Both the position numbers and the translations under genes were made by a program. A stretch of DNA of 64,000 bases from Raillietiella orientalis (Eukaryota): NCBI GenBank assembly GCA_036172245.1, contig JAYWIR010000003.1, positions 6,572,001 to 6,636,000 of the forward strand. The letters are read 5' to 3'. The notes under the pieces are model-generated. The model was given only the letters and a program-made list of their open reading frames with translations, was not told the DNA's origin and ran no database searches. Of this stretch, positions 1 through 16,100 are shown piece by piece. Within the stretch, counting starts at the first letter, position 1; each line of letters starts with the position of its first letter.

Positions 1-274
1 TGATGACGTAACGCCGTCCGAGTTGGTGGCGTCGCCGGGCGATCGCGGGACGGCAAGCCGGCAAAGGAAAAGGGGGGCTTCCGGGAGAAAGAAAGAAGGA
101 AAGAAGGAAGGGGGGAGAAGGAGGGGGGGGGGGGCTTGCTTGCAGCTTGCTTGCTCGTTCTGTCCCCCGCCCGGCTCCACGGGGTCCCGACGAGAGGTCC
201 GAAGAACGAGGGGAAACGGAAAAGGAAGCGCACGGAGAGTCCAGCGGAAGTGCGCCCTTGGCCGCTGCTTCTCG

Positions 275-275
<1 letters not shown>

Positions 276-307
<32 letters not shown>
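276..307. repeat. (TG)n microsatellite
   Basis: Uninterrupted TG dinucleotide run. Confidence 0.95.
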
Positions 308-309
<2 letters not shown>

Positions 310-2119
310 TTCCCCTTCCGTCCACCTTCTTCCGCCGCCAGGTCGGCTCTTCTTCCCTGCCCCCCGGGCTGCCCGACCGGGCGCCCGACGTCGGGTATGG
401 GCCGGGGGGAACGCACCTCCCTCTCCTGCCGGCGCTTCGCACAACCGTGGAAACCTCTGGATAAACGCGCGGCGCACGGAAAAGGGAGCAGAAGGAAGAG
501 CAAGGGAGGGACGCTCCAAACCCGTCCTTTTCCCCCTGCTTTTTGCTTTTCCTGCGCGCCTTACGGCCGCTGCTCGTTTCTCCGCGTGGCTTCCGTTTTC
601 GCACGGCGCGGCCGCAGAACGGCCGACATCGCGCCCGCCGTCTCAACCGATCGCATTATGAAATCACTTCCGAAGTTTTGCTCGCGGAAAACAAACGCGC
701 CTACCGCACGCGCGCAGCAACATCCATCCAGTCCGTAAAAATTCGGAACGCACGCACGCATTCATATACATATATGTATAATATACATATATGTGTGTAT
801 GTATACGTGTGCGTGCGTGTGTGCGTGCTCGGGGCATCGGAAACGGCCAATAGGCGAAAACACCCCAGCAGCAGCAGCGGCGCCCTTTCCCATCGCAACT
901 GGGTGTCTTGCTGCATCGCTATCGCGGGCGAGTGGGGCCTGACACGTGCAGCTCCCCACTCAGCCACGGCTCTTCCTCGGCCGGATTGCAACAGAACTCC
1001 GCCTCGATCTTGCAATCCGTTATTATCGGCCCAGGGCGCGCGTTTCCTAGGTGAGCGCGTCTGTGCGTGTCCCTTCCCTTCACCCCCCCGGTCCATCTCC
1101 AAGCGCGCAGCGCCTCTCGCGGAGACGCTGCCGGGATGCTCTCAAGCGCGCTCCGCTCTCACGCGGGGCTTGAGGGAAAAGGAAAGCGCAGCATCCCAAC
1201 CGCCCGGTGGGAAGCGACGCTGCCCCAGGAACCGCCTCCGGTACGCGCCCGAGGATGCGAGCGTCCACCACCTTCCGCCGGGAATGAGGTTTACTGCCAC
1301 CCACGTTAGGGCGGCGGGGGAAGAGCTGCGGTTGCCGTGGCGAAGGGGTGGACACGAACAATAAGGGCAAACGCCGGGGCGCTGGAGGGCTCCGCGGCGA
1401 CCCGACCCATCCTCTAGTGGCGGTGACGAAACCCGTGACCGGCAGCGGAAACCCGGACACGCCTGCCGCCAGGAGGCAGGGGGGGGGGGGGAAGGAGGAA
1501 GGACTCGCTCCCCGGGATGCTGCGCGGCCTTGGCGGCCACAGGAGGCAGCCAGTCAGTCGGGGAGGCTGCGGACCAAACGAGTGGCAGCAGCAGAGCCGC
1601 TGCTGCGGCGCCCCGGCACGCCGATGGCCTTCCCTTCTCAGGAGATGGCGGAAGAAGGGGAGGGGGGGAGGGGACGTTTTCCAATTACCCCCTTCCCGCC
1701 CTGGGAAAAAAAATCCTCGGGAACGCCCCCGAGACGTCCTCAGGTTGGAGAAGTGGTCTCTACCGGGTGCGCCAGAGAGGGATGTCGGCGCCCTCTTAGA
1801 GGCGGCGGGGGGACCCGGAAGGATGCAGTCGTTCCTACCAAACTTTTTATTGAAGGATGCTGTGCACCTGGAAGGGGAGGGGAAGGAGAGGGGGTTGGCG
1901 GGAAGTGACGTGTCCCGAGCACACTCCCGTCATCTCTGATTTCTGGTGGCTGCTGTCCGAGTGTTCCCGATGAAGACCACACGCCGCAGGATGGGCAGGG
2001 AAGGAAGGTGGTGGTGTGAAGGGGGGGGGGGGGTTGCGTGAATGGGGAGGATGCACGCCATTGCCATGGTCACGCAACGCAACGTCTGAATTTGCCTCCG
2101 CGCGCTCCGCTTCGCGCGC

Positions 2120-4626
<2,507 letters not shown>

Positions 4627-5817
4627 TTTGGGAATTTTGGCCTGCTCATGGGATTCGTGGGCAGCAGCTTCACCTTCGTTTCTGGTACGGTTCGGTAAAT
4701 TTCACTTTTCAGTTGTGTCCTGTGGAAATGCAAGTTTCTTTTTTTTTTTCCTTCCTTTCTTTCCTTTTTTTTTTGTTTTCACATCAAAGAGCACAGATTT
4801 CATTATTCTCATGCTTTGCATGATTCCTAGCTTCATTTATTCATTTTCTTTTTTTTTTTTATTTCGCTTTACTTTACTTTTCTTTGTTATATTATTGGGA
4901 TCGTTTGCGTATGAGCTCATCCGCTCCGAGCGGCGAACGCTGATTTTTTTTTTTTTTTTTTAGATTCCACTTTTGCTGCGCGAACCTCGAAAACGTGCAC
5001 GATGGAAACTTTGCATCGGAGATAAAACCGAGAAAGGAGAAGAAGAAGAAAAAAAAGCATCCTCTTTTTTTTCCTTTTTTTTTTTTTTTTTTCTGTTCCC
5101 GAATCGCATCGTCGCGAACCGAATTAGCCAAACGCTTATTACCTTTACTCTCGGGACGCTTGCAGTGGTACCTCTGCTTCTCGGCGTGCTAGAACAATGC
5201 TTCAACAATGAGGAACAAGCAATGTTGTTGTGCGTGGTGATTCTCGTGTTTCCATTGCAACTTCCATTTTTAAGATGGAACTCCTTTTCCGACTCTCGCC
5301 CGCGGATTTCGCAAAATTGCGGCTTCGGGGGCGTCTGCAGGGTTCCAGAGGATCTCGGGGATGATGCGAGTGGTGGACCTTTTTCCCCAGCAAGTTCGTG
5401 CACGTTTCCATCGATAGCCCCGGTAGTGTTCGGTTCTGTGGTTCCTGAGATGAGCAGATGCAAACGGTTGAGAAAACCTGAGCGCGCCTCTGATCACTTC
5501 GTGTTCACTGCTCCGCTGCAGGCTCCTGCAGAGGCTGCTCCTTGAACAGCCAGCCGACACAATAAAATGAATTTTCTTTCCTTTTTGGAAATTTCCTCCC
5601 CTTCCCCCTTTCCCTGCAGATAACACCCTTAAAGGATGCTCAGGCATTCTCGTTCGGCTTCTGCTCCACGAAAGAGCCTGATAAGTTTTACAAAGTAAAT
5701 CTTCCAAACATCTGCTTAATTTCTGATTTCCAGGTAACGAAGTCGAGTGGCAATCGTGATCAAAAGAGCGTCGTCCGTCCATCCCCACGATTACCAATTC
5801 AGTTTGCAGTGCACGAA

Positions 5818-5820
<3 letters not shown>

Positions 5821-5860
<40 letters not shown>
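5821..5860. repeat. (TA)n microsatellite
   Basis: Uninterrupted TA run. Confidence 0.95.
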
Positions 5861-5863
<3 letters not shown>

Positions 5864-5968
5864 TATGTGCTAAACTGTTACCTTCATAGCCTTGTTGATG
5901 GGATGGATGACAATCTTCAGAGGTTCACTAGACACCTCTGAAATTGTCCATTTCTATCTCTATGAGTA

Positions 5969-5999
<31 letters not shown>

Positions 6000-8900
6000 G
6001 TATGTATATATATATACACCTATACACGCATTCATGCATATGTTCAGTGAACCACCAAGGAACACAATTAAAAACCATGGTCTTTCCCTGGAGGGGAAAA
6101 AAAAAAGTGCACTTCACTGAAATAATTTCTACAGATACGTGGTTTTTCATGGAGTGAGAAGAAATGAATGAGCTGATGAAAAGAGGCATCGTCCAAGATC
6201 GCATTTCTCTTAAGGAGCCATCACTAACGCAAGCCTTCATCTGAGGAAGAAATAAGCTACAGGGAGTCCTGGCTACGTTTTCCGTGTCATTTCGTCCCCT
6301 GCACGGGACGACAGGGCCTCACGCCGACAACCCAGGATGGGTCGCTGTGTTTTCGGGGGTAGGCACGTAACACCACCGGGTCCTCCTTCCCTTCGCGGTT
6401 TGTCCCACGGAGCAGTTGGCGGCGAGCAGCATGACCGAGGTGTCGCTGTTCTGCATTCGTCCCGTCCCGTCTTGAAGGCGATGCCGGATGCTGATGAGCC
6501 TTAAGTGGGCCGCGCCGAAGGACCTTTCTTGCAGCCGCTTGAATATCCTCCGGGATCCAAACAGCTTCCCCAAACAGCCACCCTTATCGCACCGCTCATC
6601 CGCCGGCTCGCGCTCGCCATGGCGGCAGCAGGGAGAATGGCACTTGCGTCACAACCCTGGCGAGAAGATCGCTTTGCTGGGAGTCCAGCAAGAGACACGC
6701 CCGTTCCATCCACGGTCCGTCCGGCATTCCGTCGCCCGTTCTACCTATGCCGGGGGTGGAGGAAGAGGAGAGCCTGGAGGATGCGAGAAGGGAAGTTCGG
6801 AAGACGACACGTCGTGTCTCCGAGCCGAATCTCCTCTCGCTGTGACTGATCGCCCATTGCCCTCTACCCTCCTCCCCCTCCCCTCCTGTCCCCCTCCGTA
6901 GCTACCTCTCTCAGAGGGAGCCCGAAAGCGACCCTCCGGCGGATCGTCCCTTGAGAACAAACGCGTGGACACTTCGTCCCGCGACTCCAGACCCTGCGGG
7001 AAGGCTCTGTTCTCAGGTCTCCTCTGCTGGAACATCGCGGGACTCCGGTGAGGACCAGAGAACAACGATAGGCAGAACAGAGGCAGGGGGAGGGTGGCTT
7101 TCCTCCCCCCCACTGCCCTTCAGATGCCATTCCTCGAGCGCGCTCGGCCCCACGACCAGCTTCGGAAACCGGGGCGCCTCCTGTCGGCTGTTCGCCGGAC
7201 AGTCACTGGCGGCGAAGCCTCCGTCTTCCTCCCCCGATCTCCCTGCCAGCTGCCGCATTTCCCAACTTCCCTCCTGCTGACGCCGTGAAAGTAGGAGGGC
7301 GGCGGAGGCGCCTTCCCAGGAGGCCAAGTAGGGCGTTCCCTCCCTTCGCTCGCGGAAGACGCAGGGAACCTATTGGGCGTCATTGTGCATCCCTTGAGAC
7401 GCTGGGAAGCACTCCTCCTCCCTCCCTCTTCCTTCCTTCCTCCTCTTCTTCCTGTGGAGGAGGCGAGGGATACCGGCTTCCCCCTCTGTGCGCTGTAGAG
7501 CTGGCGCGTTCGCGTCTGACTCTCTCGGGGACGCATGGGGTTAGAGGGAGGGGGGAACTGAGTCCCCACCACCTTCAGAAAGAGCGCGCCTCGCCCCTCC
7601 CCTCCCTTTCGCTTCCGCCTCACCTGCGTCTTGACGTCAGCCGCACGGGCGCCGCCGCCCTCGTCCGGGGAGGGGGGGAGGAGGGAGTCTCCCCGAGGAG
7701 GAAGGAGGGCTGGAGCGCTCCGTGCTCCCAGAGGACGTTCCCGTCCGTTCTCACCCGAAGCGGAGGAGGAAGGGGAATCCGCAACGTCCACCGCGCCTCC
7801 GGGGAACGGTGCTCCCTCCTTCCTGCTGCCCGATGGTTGGGCAGGGCGGAGCTTCCCATCCGCGAGCCCCGGAGAGGACGCGCCCGCGCGCCCCCCCTTT
7901 CCTCCCCGGCAGGGAGGAGGGGACCCGCGCAGGCGAGTCCTCTCCGGACCCCGCCCACTTCCGTTCCTCGCGGCCGCGGCAGGCTGGGCGATGACCGCTA
8001 GGACGGAGGCCGCTCTTCCCGTACCGAGAGCGAGAAAGGGGGAGGGGGGACCCTAGGAGGAGGAGTGGAGCGGGACTGCTTCAGTAGGACTGCTTCGTGG
8101 AGTCCCCGGACCCCACGGGGACTCCACGAAGAGGAGTGCACGAGGGAGCCGCCTCCCAAGGGCGAAACGCGCCTCCCTCCCTCGCCACCACCCCCACTCT
8201 GCGGCGGCGGGGCGGCACTGGGACACCCTCGGACGCGGCTGCGCCCTGGGCGGGCAGGAGGACTTCTTCTACTTCCCCGGATTCCATCAGCAGGCCACCG
8301 CCGTAGGACATCTCCGTTCCTCGGAGGTCCCTCCCTTCCCGCTCGGGCCGTCGCCGCTGCTGCCGCCCGCAGGGAAGGGAGGAGAACGTGGCGCTCTCCT
8401 ACGGCGATGCTGGCGACCTCTCCGCTCCCACTGACCTCCCCCCGGGGTGGCGAGGGGGGACCCACTTCCCGCGCGTCCGGAGAGGGGTCGCGCCGTGGAG
8501 GAGGCAGGAGGGAGCTTCCCTTCCTTGGTCCGCTCCTCAGGCGCTCCAAGCATCTCCCCCATACGGAGGCGCCTCCTCCTGGACTCTGGCCATCTTTCCA
8601 ACAGCCGGGAAGAACCCGGGGCTGTCGGGAGAGAAAGGCTGGTCGAATCGGATTACGAGGAGGCCGCTGACGTCATCAAACGCCAGGAGGGATCGGAGAC
8701 CTCCGCGTCCACGAGTTTCGACCGACCACCACCTCTGCCTGCGGTGGCTCGTCACGAGGCGGGGTCGGCCCGGTTCACTCGGACCAAAGCGTCTTCGTCC
8801 CTTCCGGCTTCGGGTGGCCTCACGAGGGCTCCACACCGCACGCCGTCGGCGTGTGCTTGCTCGAGGAGGGGGTCAGCTACCGTCGTCGGTCCCGCGATCT

Positions 8901-9492
8901 TTTCCTCCCTCCTCTTCCAGCTGGCGTTGCCGCCCTCGGGCTCCTTCAGCCTCTGCGTACCCTCCGCGGCGGCCTTGGGCTTTGCTCCGTATCTCTGCCT
9001 CCGCCGTCGCAGAGATCCCGTTCAGGTCTTCTGGAGCACGACCGTGCCGTAGACCTCCGCGCGCGCGCGCGCGCGCGGAGGGAGGGGGAGAGGGGCACGT
9101 GGAAGAATTTCGGTCTCTCCGAAGAGGGAGAAGGAATCCCCTCCGTGCGACCGGAATGGCGGCGACATCAGAGCGGGGGGGAGGGCTTTTGTCCAAGGGG
9201 ATGGAGGAATGGGAGGGGGGAGGATAAGGCGGGAATAGCAAGTACAAATGATGATGATGATAATAATAAAATCCTGTCGCCGCTGCTCTCGACAACGGTC
9301 GCGACGTTATGGCAAAGGAAGCGCAGGGGCCACGTATCCAGGGAAGGAGGAGAGCTGTCACGTGATCAGCCGAGAGAATGCGACACCGTGAGCGTAGCGT
9401 CGCGGAGCCGAGCGGGGCGCGGGGTGCGATCCGAAGCAGCAGCGAGGCGGGGGGAGGGGGAAGGGAAGGAAGAAGGCCGAGAAAAGAAGAGG

Positions 9493-9518
9493 GAGAGAGA
9501 GAGAGAGAGAGAGAGAGA
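9493..9518. repeat. (GA)n microsatellite
   Basis: Uninterrupted GA run. Confidence 0.9.
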
Positions 9519-10352
9519 CAAACCCAGTCGGGGAAGAGGCACTCCTTCGGGACCGGCCGCATCTTTCCGGATGTTCCGAAACGCGCAGGCGCGCCCAGAG
9601 GCGGCCCCGAGCGCGGAAAGGTCGCGCGCGCACATCCGGGGAAAGAAAGCAAAGTGCTGCTGCTGCTGCTGTTGGGGTCCGCTTCGCGGGCGTCCGGAAG
9701 AACGGGCGAGCCGTCTGCCCCGCGCTCGCGCACTCCTTGCGGAGTTCTTGGCGGCCGCGGTGGCTTTTCCCGAGCCACCCCATCATCGCACTTGGCTCTC
9801 GCATGTTGCGAAACGGCATCCAGGGAGGGGGGGGGGGGGACGAAAAATCGACTTTTAGCGACGGGATCCTGGACGTGTTTTGATCCGGAAGGGGAGGAGG
9901 AGCGGGGGGGAGGAGGGGCGAGCGTTACCTGGTGCGGCGGCGGGGAGCGAGCGCGAGGGGCTTTTGTAACTTTCAGCGTCCTCCTAGCAACGATGCAGCA
10001 ACCGGCTCATTAGCTTTGCAATTTGCATCTCGGCCTCGACTGCAACCTGCATATTTATGAGTTGAGTAACGAAAAGGTGCTTTGTGGCAGGTGCTGGTCA
10101 CCAAAGTGCTTCGGAACCCCAGGAAGATAAAGCGCGCGCGCTTTCCGTTCGTCGGGCCCCGTTACGCGTTGCAGAAGGGCGGAGGATGCGGAAATCGCAA
10201 CGCGCCGCCGAGCGTCGGCGGGATCCGGGACCCCCGTGGAAAGGCCACGCTCCCGCGCGCTTCGCCCTCCCGCAACATCCAGGCTCCCTAATCCACGGAG
10301 GAATTTTTTTGTTTTTTTCTTTCGAAGAGCACCGTCGCCGTTCATAAGGGGG

Positions 10353-10353
<1 letters not shown>

Positions 10354-10381
<28 letters not shown>
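10354..10381. repeat. (TC)n microsatellite
   Basis: Uninterrupted TC run. Confidence 0.9.
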
Positions 10382-10383
<2 letters not shown>

Positions 10384-10448
10384 GCGCGCCCCTTTCCCCT
10401 CTCCTTTCCCCGTTCGTCGCCGGGATCCAATTTTTGAAGATCCACCCT

Positions 10449-10502
10449 CCTGGAGCTGGCCCGCACGCACCTCTTGAGATGAGAATCCGGGCCAGCTCCA
10501 GG
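10449..10502. repeat. Perfect 15-bp inverted repeat with 24-nt spacer
   Basis: cctggagctggcccg (10449-10463) is the exact reverse complement of cgggccagctccagg (10488-10502). Confidence 0.9.
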
Positions 10503-13119
10503 CGAGGTGCCACTTCTCTTCGCTGCCGTTGGTTTGAATCACGATGACGAGCTCGGTAGAACCGAACGAGCGGTCAACGAGGAAATGGAAAGCTGAAAAC
10601 AGACGAGCACGTGTTGGGACGTGGGGGTTGCCACCCGGGTACGTTTATTGAAAACTCTACAGAGCGTGGTACGAGGCCCCACTAACGGCCAATAGGACGC
10701 GGGGGAGGAGGTGGAAACGGCAGCAATGGCGACGAACTGAAAAACGGAATTCCGTGCCCGGAGGTTTGGTTCCTGGAAGTCGTCTCCCTCCTCTGACGCT
10801 TTCGAGTCCGGCCCCTTGAGAAAAATCGTCGCACGGAAACCGAGGCCAAGAGAAGGACCAAAAGGACGGCCCACTACGAACCAGCGTATTCGAAATTACG
10901 AAAAGGGGGATCCTCCCTGTTCCTGGGCGCGCTCCCGTGTTTAAGGTTCTCCCGTGAGCGTCGCGCAGGGGTGCCGCCTGACTGCAATGCAGAATTCCTG
11001 AAACTCTTCTGAAACATACGCGTCGCTCAGCACAGCGAGTGGGTGGCTTCGACTAAAATCACCACCTAAAGTAAAAAAAAAAAAAAGGAAAAAAAAGCTG
11101 AAATGTGCCCTGGTACCGAAGGTTCCAAGACATACCAACTTTTCTGCCATCTTCGCCGACAGATTCAAAGCGAGTGAACGGATTTCCGTATGACGTATTT
11201 CGATGACAGAGAGTTTACCACCACTACCGGTTTACCACACGTGTATTGTGCGCATGCTTGCGGTCCTTGCCTGGCCCTGAATAATAAATAATTGCTCGGA
11301 AAACTTATGAAACCAACACGAGTGAGCTTTACGAAAGGCAGTCCGAAAAGAAAAAGTCTTTTCAGCACGGAACCGGTGCGTTCGGAGATGCTCTGTCATC
11401 TGACTTCGTTCTTCTTCTCTTCTTGGCTACAACCACAACCTTTGAAAAGCAAACATCACGTTGGAATCCTTCTATGCCTTTTCCCTATTTTCTTTCTCTT
11501 GTTCGAGAGCGTGTGAAGCCATAAGCGTGAAAAGGCCGCATGGAAACGGAGAGGACGCCAGCAGGACGTAGGGGACGGACGAGGAGGCAACTCGAAGGAA
11601 CAGTACATTGCTTGCAACGCATCGAATTCGACCTCGTGTGGGTTCCCCGGCCAAGTCGTTTCCCAGTTGCAGTGCACGGGCGAACTTTGCGCCATGAAGC
11701 AGTTGCTGCCTTGGGGCTGACGTCACTAGAAAAAAATGTGTTGGGGGGGGAAATCCACGCGGCACGAAGAGTGGGCGACTCGGGTTGTCGCGCCTGGCAG
11801 TTCCGGCGCGGCGCGGGCGAACCCAACAGCCCCGGTCAAGAACGATCAGCAAAATCCCTCTTGGATCCTGCAGTCGTTCTCACAGGAGCGATGATCCCGG
11901 TCGCGGCCTCCAGCAAAAGCAAAGCAGTCGGCTCGAGGCAGTGGCTCGCCACTCCCGAGGAGCATCTTGCCGCAAGAGCAGCTCGAACACCTGGCTCTGC
12001 TGCGTAGCTGGGAGATGCTGGGAAGACCGGCGGCTGACCCAACATCCGCACAAACACCAAACCTGCGTGTCCCAATCTGGCTCTGGGCACGCGCTCGAAG
12101 CTCCGGGGGCGAGCTTCTCCAGTTGGGAAACCCAAGACGGCTTGGATGTGCCGCTACGTGCAAATTAAATGCAACACGTCTCACACGTTTGAACAGATGT
12201 GAAACACACAGCATTTTTTCGATGCATGCTGAAGAACGAAAACAAAAACAAATGCAAGGCTGACCTCGGGGCTTTCGACGCATCCTTCTCGTTCTAACCG
12301 CATGCTGACCACCCCTCTCGATTTTCAGGCACCCGAGGTCATTTAGTGACACAAACTCTAGAAAATGTACTTGATGGCAGCCCTCCCGGAAGAGCACGGT
12401 GTTCGGCCGGCTCGGTTCTTACGAAGAAAACACTACGGATAACGGTTCCTGTCAAATGTACCAAAATTGCCGGAAAAGATCACATAGGGTTGTTTCACTT
12501 GTCTGATTTTTTTGTCACACGCAGAAGCATTTCGACTCGCCCCGATTTATGTGAAGGTGCACCTCCTGACTGTTTCAGGATTTTTTTCAAAAAATAAAAA
12601 AATTACAAGAAAACACCAGATACACCCCGCATCAAATTTAACCGGATTCTTACCTCTCTAGGAATCAGATTAAATTGATACGTCCGTATCAAAATATGGA
12701 TACGTTACACTCAACACTTATGGGTTAACCTATACACTTCTCAAAATCACCAACAGCGGATACCTATGGAACACTAGTTGACAAAACTTGGCTTTGGAAG
12801 TACAGCTTCTATCTGAATACGTGATAACATAAGGAAAACATACTACAGAGAATGAATTAGTACCCATCGATGCCATTACCATCCCGGATCAATAGAACTT
12901 CCGAGCTAAAGTATGGCTCTCCACAATTCAGTATGCAAGGAAAACTGTTCTGAAACTTAATCCCCAAGCAAAATGCAAAATGAGCAGGAGTATCAAGATA
13001 AGGAAAGCCTGAAATCATATTGTGTAATTTTCTGGCAAACTGAAGTTCAAAAAATATCGAGAATCTGGGGTATAGAACCAGCAATACGCTGAATGTTTTT
13101 CAGTCTGTGTTCATCTGTT

Positions 13120-16100
13120 TTATTTTTTTGATGTCCATCCCCAAAGGCCTTTAACAAATGCAGAAATACCTGCAGCCTCTTTTTTGCTGGATAGCTTGTC
13201 AGATAAAGAGGGAAACTCGAGAAAGTTCGAGGCTATATCAAAAAACATAGGTTTGCAGGGAATAGGTCGGAAACTTGAAGGCAATGGAAGAATTTTGGTT
13301 TGAGTGCCAATTCCAGGATCATTGTGATATTCATCGAGACACTCAATAACAGGCTGGAAAATCCAACAGATTACACAATTTAATTCTCCCTTTTGACCAA
13401 CCTTTTGTAGTTGATTAGAAGTTTGCTTCTGTGCTTTGTTACCTTCCATTTCTAAAATGCTGTTAGCATGCACGCATAACTTATTCTTGTTGATTCTTTG
13501 TAAAAGACTTTTCCAGTCTTCTTGAAGGCTATCAACTCCCTTTGCTGATGCTTGTTGAGCATATGCTTCTGAACGCTCTAACAAAGCTAAACAGTCAGCC
13601 CATCGTTGAGAGTGCTGCAAAGTGTCAGCTATTTCAAAACACCTAAACTCGAAAAATATCGGAAGATCCAATTCGAGCAAGAAACCAACCGCTCGGCTTT
13701 GCTGATCAATATTTGGGCTGCCAGATGCTGCTGCAGCTGCTCCTCACTGATTCCAGGGAGCTGCTGCAATTCATTTAAATTTTGCAATATCATTTCATAG
13801 AGACGTATGATATCTTGAGGCTTGTTTTTTTTACCACTGTACGTCTAAACAATACTTGGTTATTGCATTTAAAATGGCTACTCACAAGAGCTTGCCCTTG
13901 TTTCAACATATCTATCATGAGGCGATTTCGTTCATTTGTCTTACTCAAACGAACATAAGACAAATACGAATGTAGGTACTGAGTTGCTGAGAGTACACCT
14001 GATTCCCCTGTTTTTTTTCCACTCTGAATCAACAAGCCATATTCCAAATACTTGGGAAATATGCTGCTACTTACAATGTCTCCTTTTGCTTCTTCCCTTA
14101 CATCTTGTAGGGCTTCCTTGCATTCCAAAAGCAAGTTGTCATAAGCAGACAACTTAGCATGGCAATCCCCACTCTGCTCCATAATGCTGTTAAAATCACT
14201 AAGTGTAATCAGAAAGACACGTGCTTTCTCCTGTCTAACTGGAATGCATCTGCCCTGCCAAGTTATTTCTGATAGCATTAATGCTTGCTTTTCCCGTGTT
14301 TGGGAAATCAGAGCCTAAAAATACTCTTTAATGCATTTGCCTGGAACTCTATTAGTCTCACATCGATTTCCATCAGCAGATCTGAAGCAGCCACCCGTCC
14401 TCTCATGCTAACCAAATCCTTGACTGCTGTATCATCTCCAATATTATATGCACAAAAGCGGATATTAGGAAGCAAATCCTCCACTTTCTGTTGATAAATA
14501 AGTTGCAAGTCCTCCTCCACTGCTGAAGAGAGCTTCTCATATAAAGTTCTACGCAAAACATGAGAATAAAACCATTTAAAATCCCACATTATTCCTCACT
14601 GGCACTTGCTGAAACTCGCCATAGCATCTTTCCACAAGTGAAGATCAAAAAACAGAGTCCCTTTCAACCAGTCATGGTACGCTTGTGCTTCCAACTTTGT
14701 AAGGGCATCACAAAAACTTCCCTACATTTAAACACAATGTTTGCCTTGTTTATGTTTCATTACCTCACATAAAGTTTCCAGCTGCTGGGCATGAGATGCT
14801 GCTTTTCTTAATCTGCGAATCATATGGAACTTTTTGCGAGCCTCTGAATTAGATTCCTGCTTTAGTTGCATGGCATAGCTCCAAGCACGCTCAGCACACA
14901 TCAAAGGAATAAGCAAAAATCTAAAGTAAGCAAAATGGTCAACCTGGATTTAACATTTAAAAGCAACTAGCATTCAGCCCTCACCGTTCATCTTTCACTA
15001 AATCTTCGGTGATTTGCTTCTTCCGAAAGTATTTTCGATCACCCTGCATGAAGTTTAACGTTTTCCGTAATCTGCGTAGTCTTCTAGAACAATAGCTCCT
15101 AAACAAATAAAATGCAAACAATTGTGCACATTTCATACAGAAAGCGAATTTGATTTCGAGAGAAACATTTTACCTATAACGCTGATAATCACCATGTCTA
15201 AGTCCATGCTGCTGTTGTGCTTCTTTAATATGATAGAGAACTTGCTGTTAAGGAAATCAAATACCAATTAAAAATGCAAGAAACAACACAAAACCTTTCA
15301 TCTACACACTCTTGTATTCTCTACGTTTCAGAAACTGCAAACTATTGGGGCACATCAGATACAAACTGAAGAACTGAGAAAAGCCCTGTTGTGTTCATCC
15401 TTTGTCCATTTCAATCTTCCTCTTATGAGACATAATAATAGAACTATGATCCTAGAAGTAAAAGTAGCTTTCCCTGTTGAAATCTACTGCATACAAAGGC
15501 ACTTTACGAATACCATTTGAAAAAATAAGTGATGTTCAATTTCACTGGAACCTACTGCATTCATTTACCAATAACAAATTCCATTTGATGGACTGCTTTC
15601 ATAAAGTTGCATTTCCTATTGATACAAAACTTCAATTGAAAAATTTCCGCTTGAAATCTTAAAAGCGACTGCTTCATGTCATGTAAGCCATTGATTTTGC
15701 TTTGGTTCATTTACTAAATGTGTCAAAAACTGGCTACCACATAAAACACCGAAATTGTGAAATCAAATGAAATAAAGGGCTTGGAGGAATACTTGAGTAT
15801 CAAAGTATCCTACCGGACAAGGAACTTTCTGTAAAAACTTAATTTCAAAGTGGCGATGGGATCATAAAAGCATTATAAAAGGCTGAAATCATAATTCACG
15901 TGACCTGAGAGAACAATCATAAGCCCCTGTTCTAAAATGAAACTGATAAATCCCATAAACATAGAACGAGCATCCAAAGTATGAAAGCTACACATAATAA
16001 CATGTCCACCAATCCGAAAATTAAGCATTCAAAACCGGAAAGGGTTCGGCTTGTCATGGCTATTCCGGTTTTGACCACACACTAATAGATAAAATGATCC

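Noticed and set aside
6300..10300. Many overlapping Arg/Gly/Pro-rich ORFs of 200-335 aa in all six frames
   Set aside because: Such ORFs are expected from stop-codon scarcity in very GC-rich DNA with microsatellites. I found no domain or consistent exon chain, though a fast-evolving gene cannot be excluded.
11540..12007. IEFDLVWVP, reminiscent of non-LTR RNase H (WVPGH)
   Set aside because: The following GH..GNE.AD motif and other catalytic motifs are absent.
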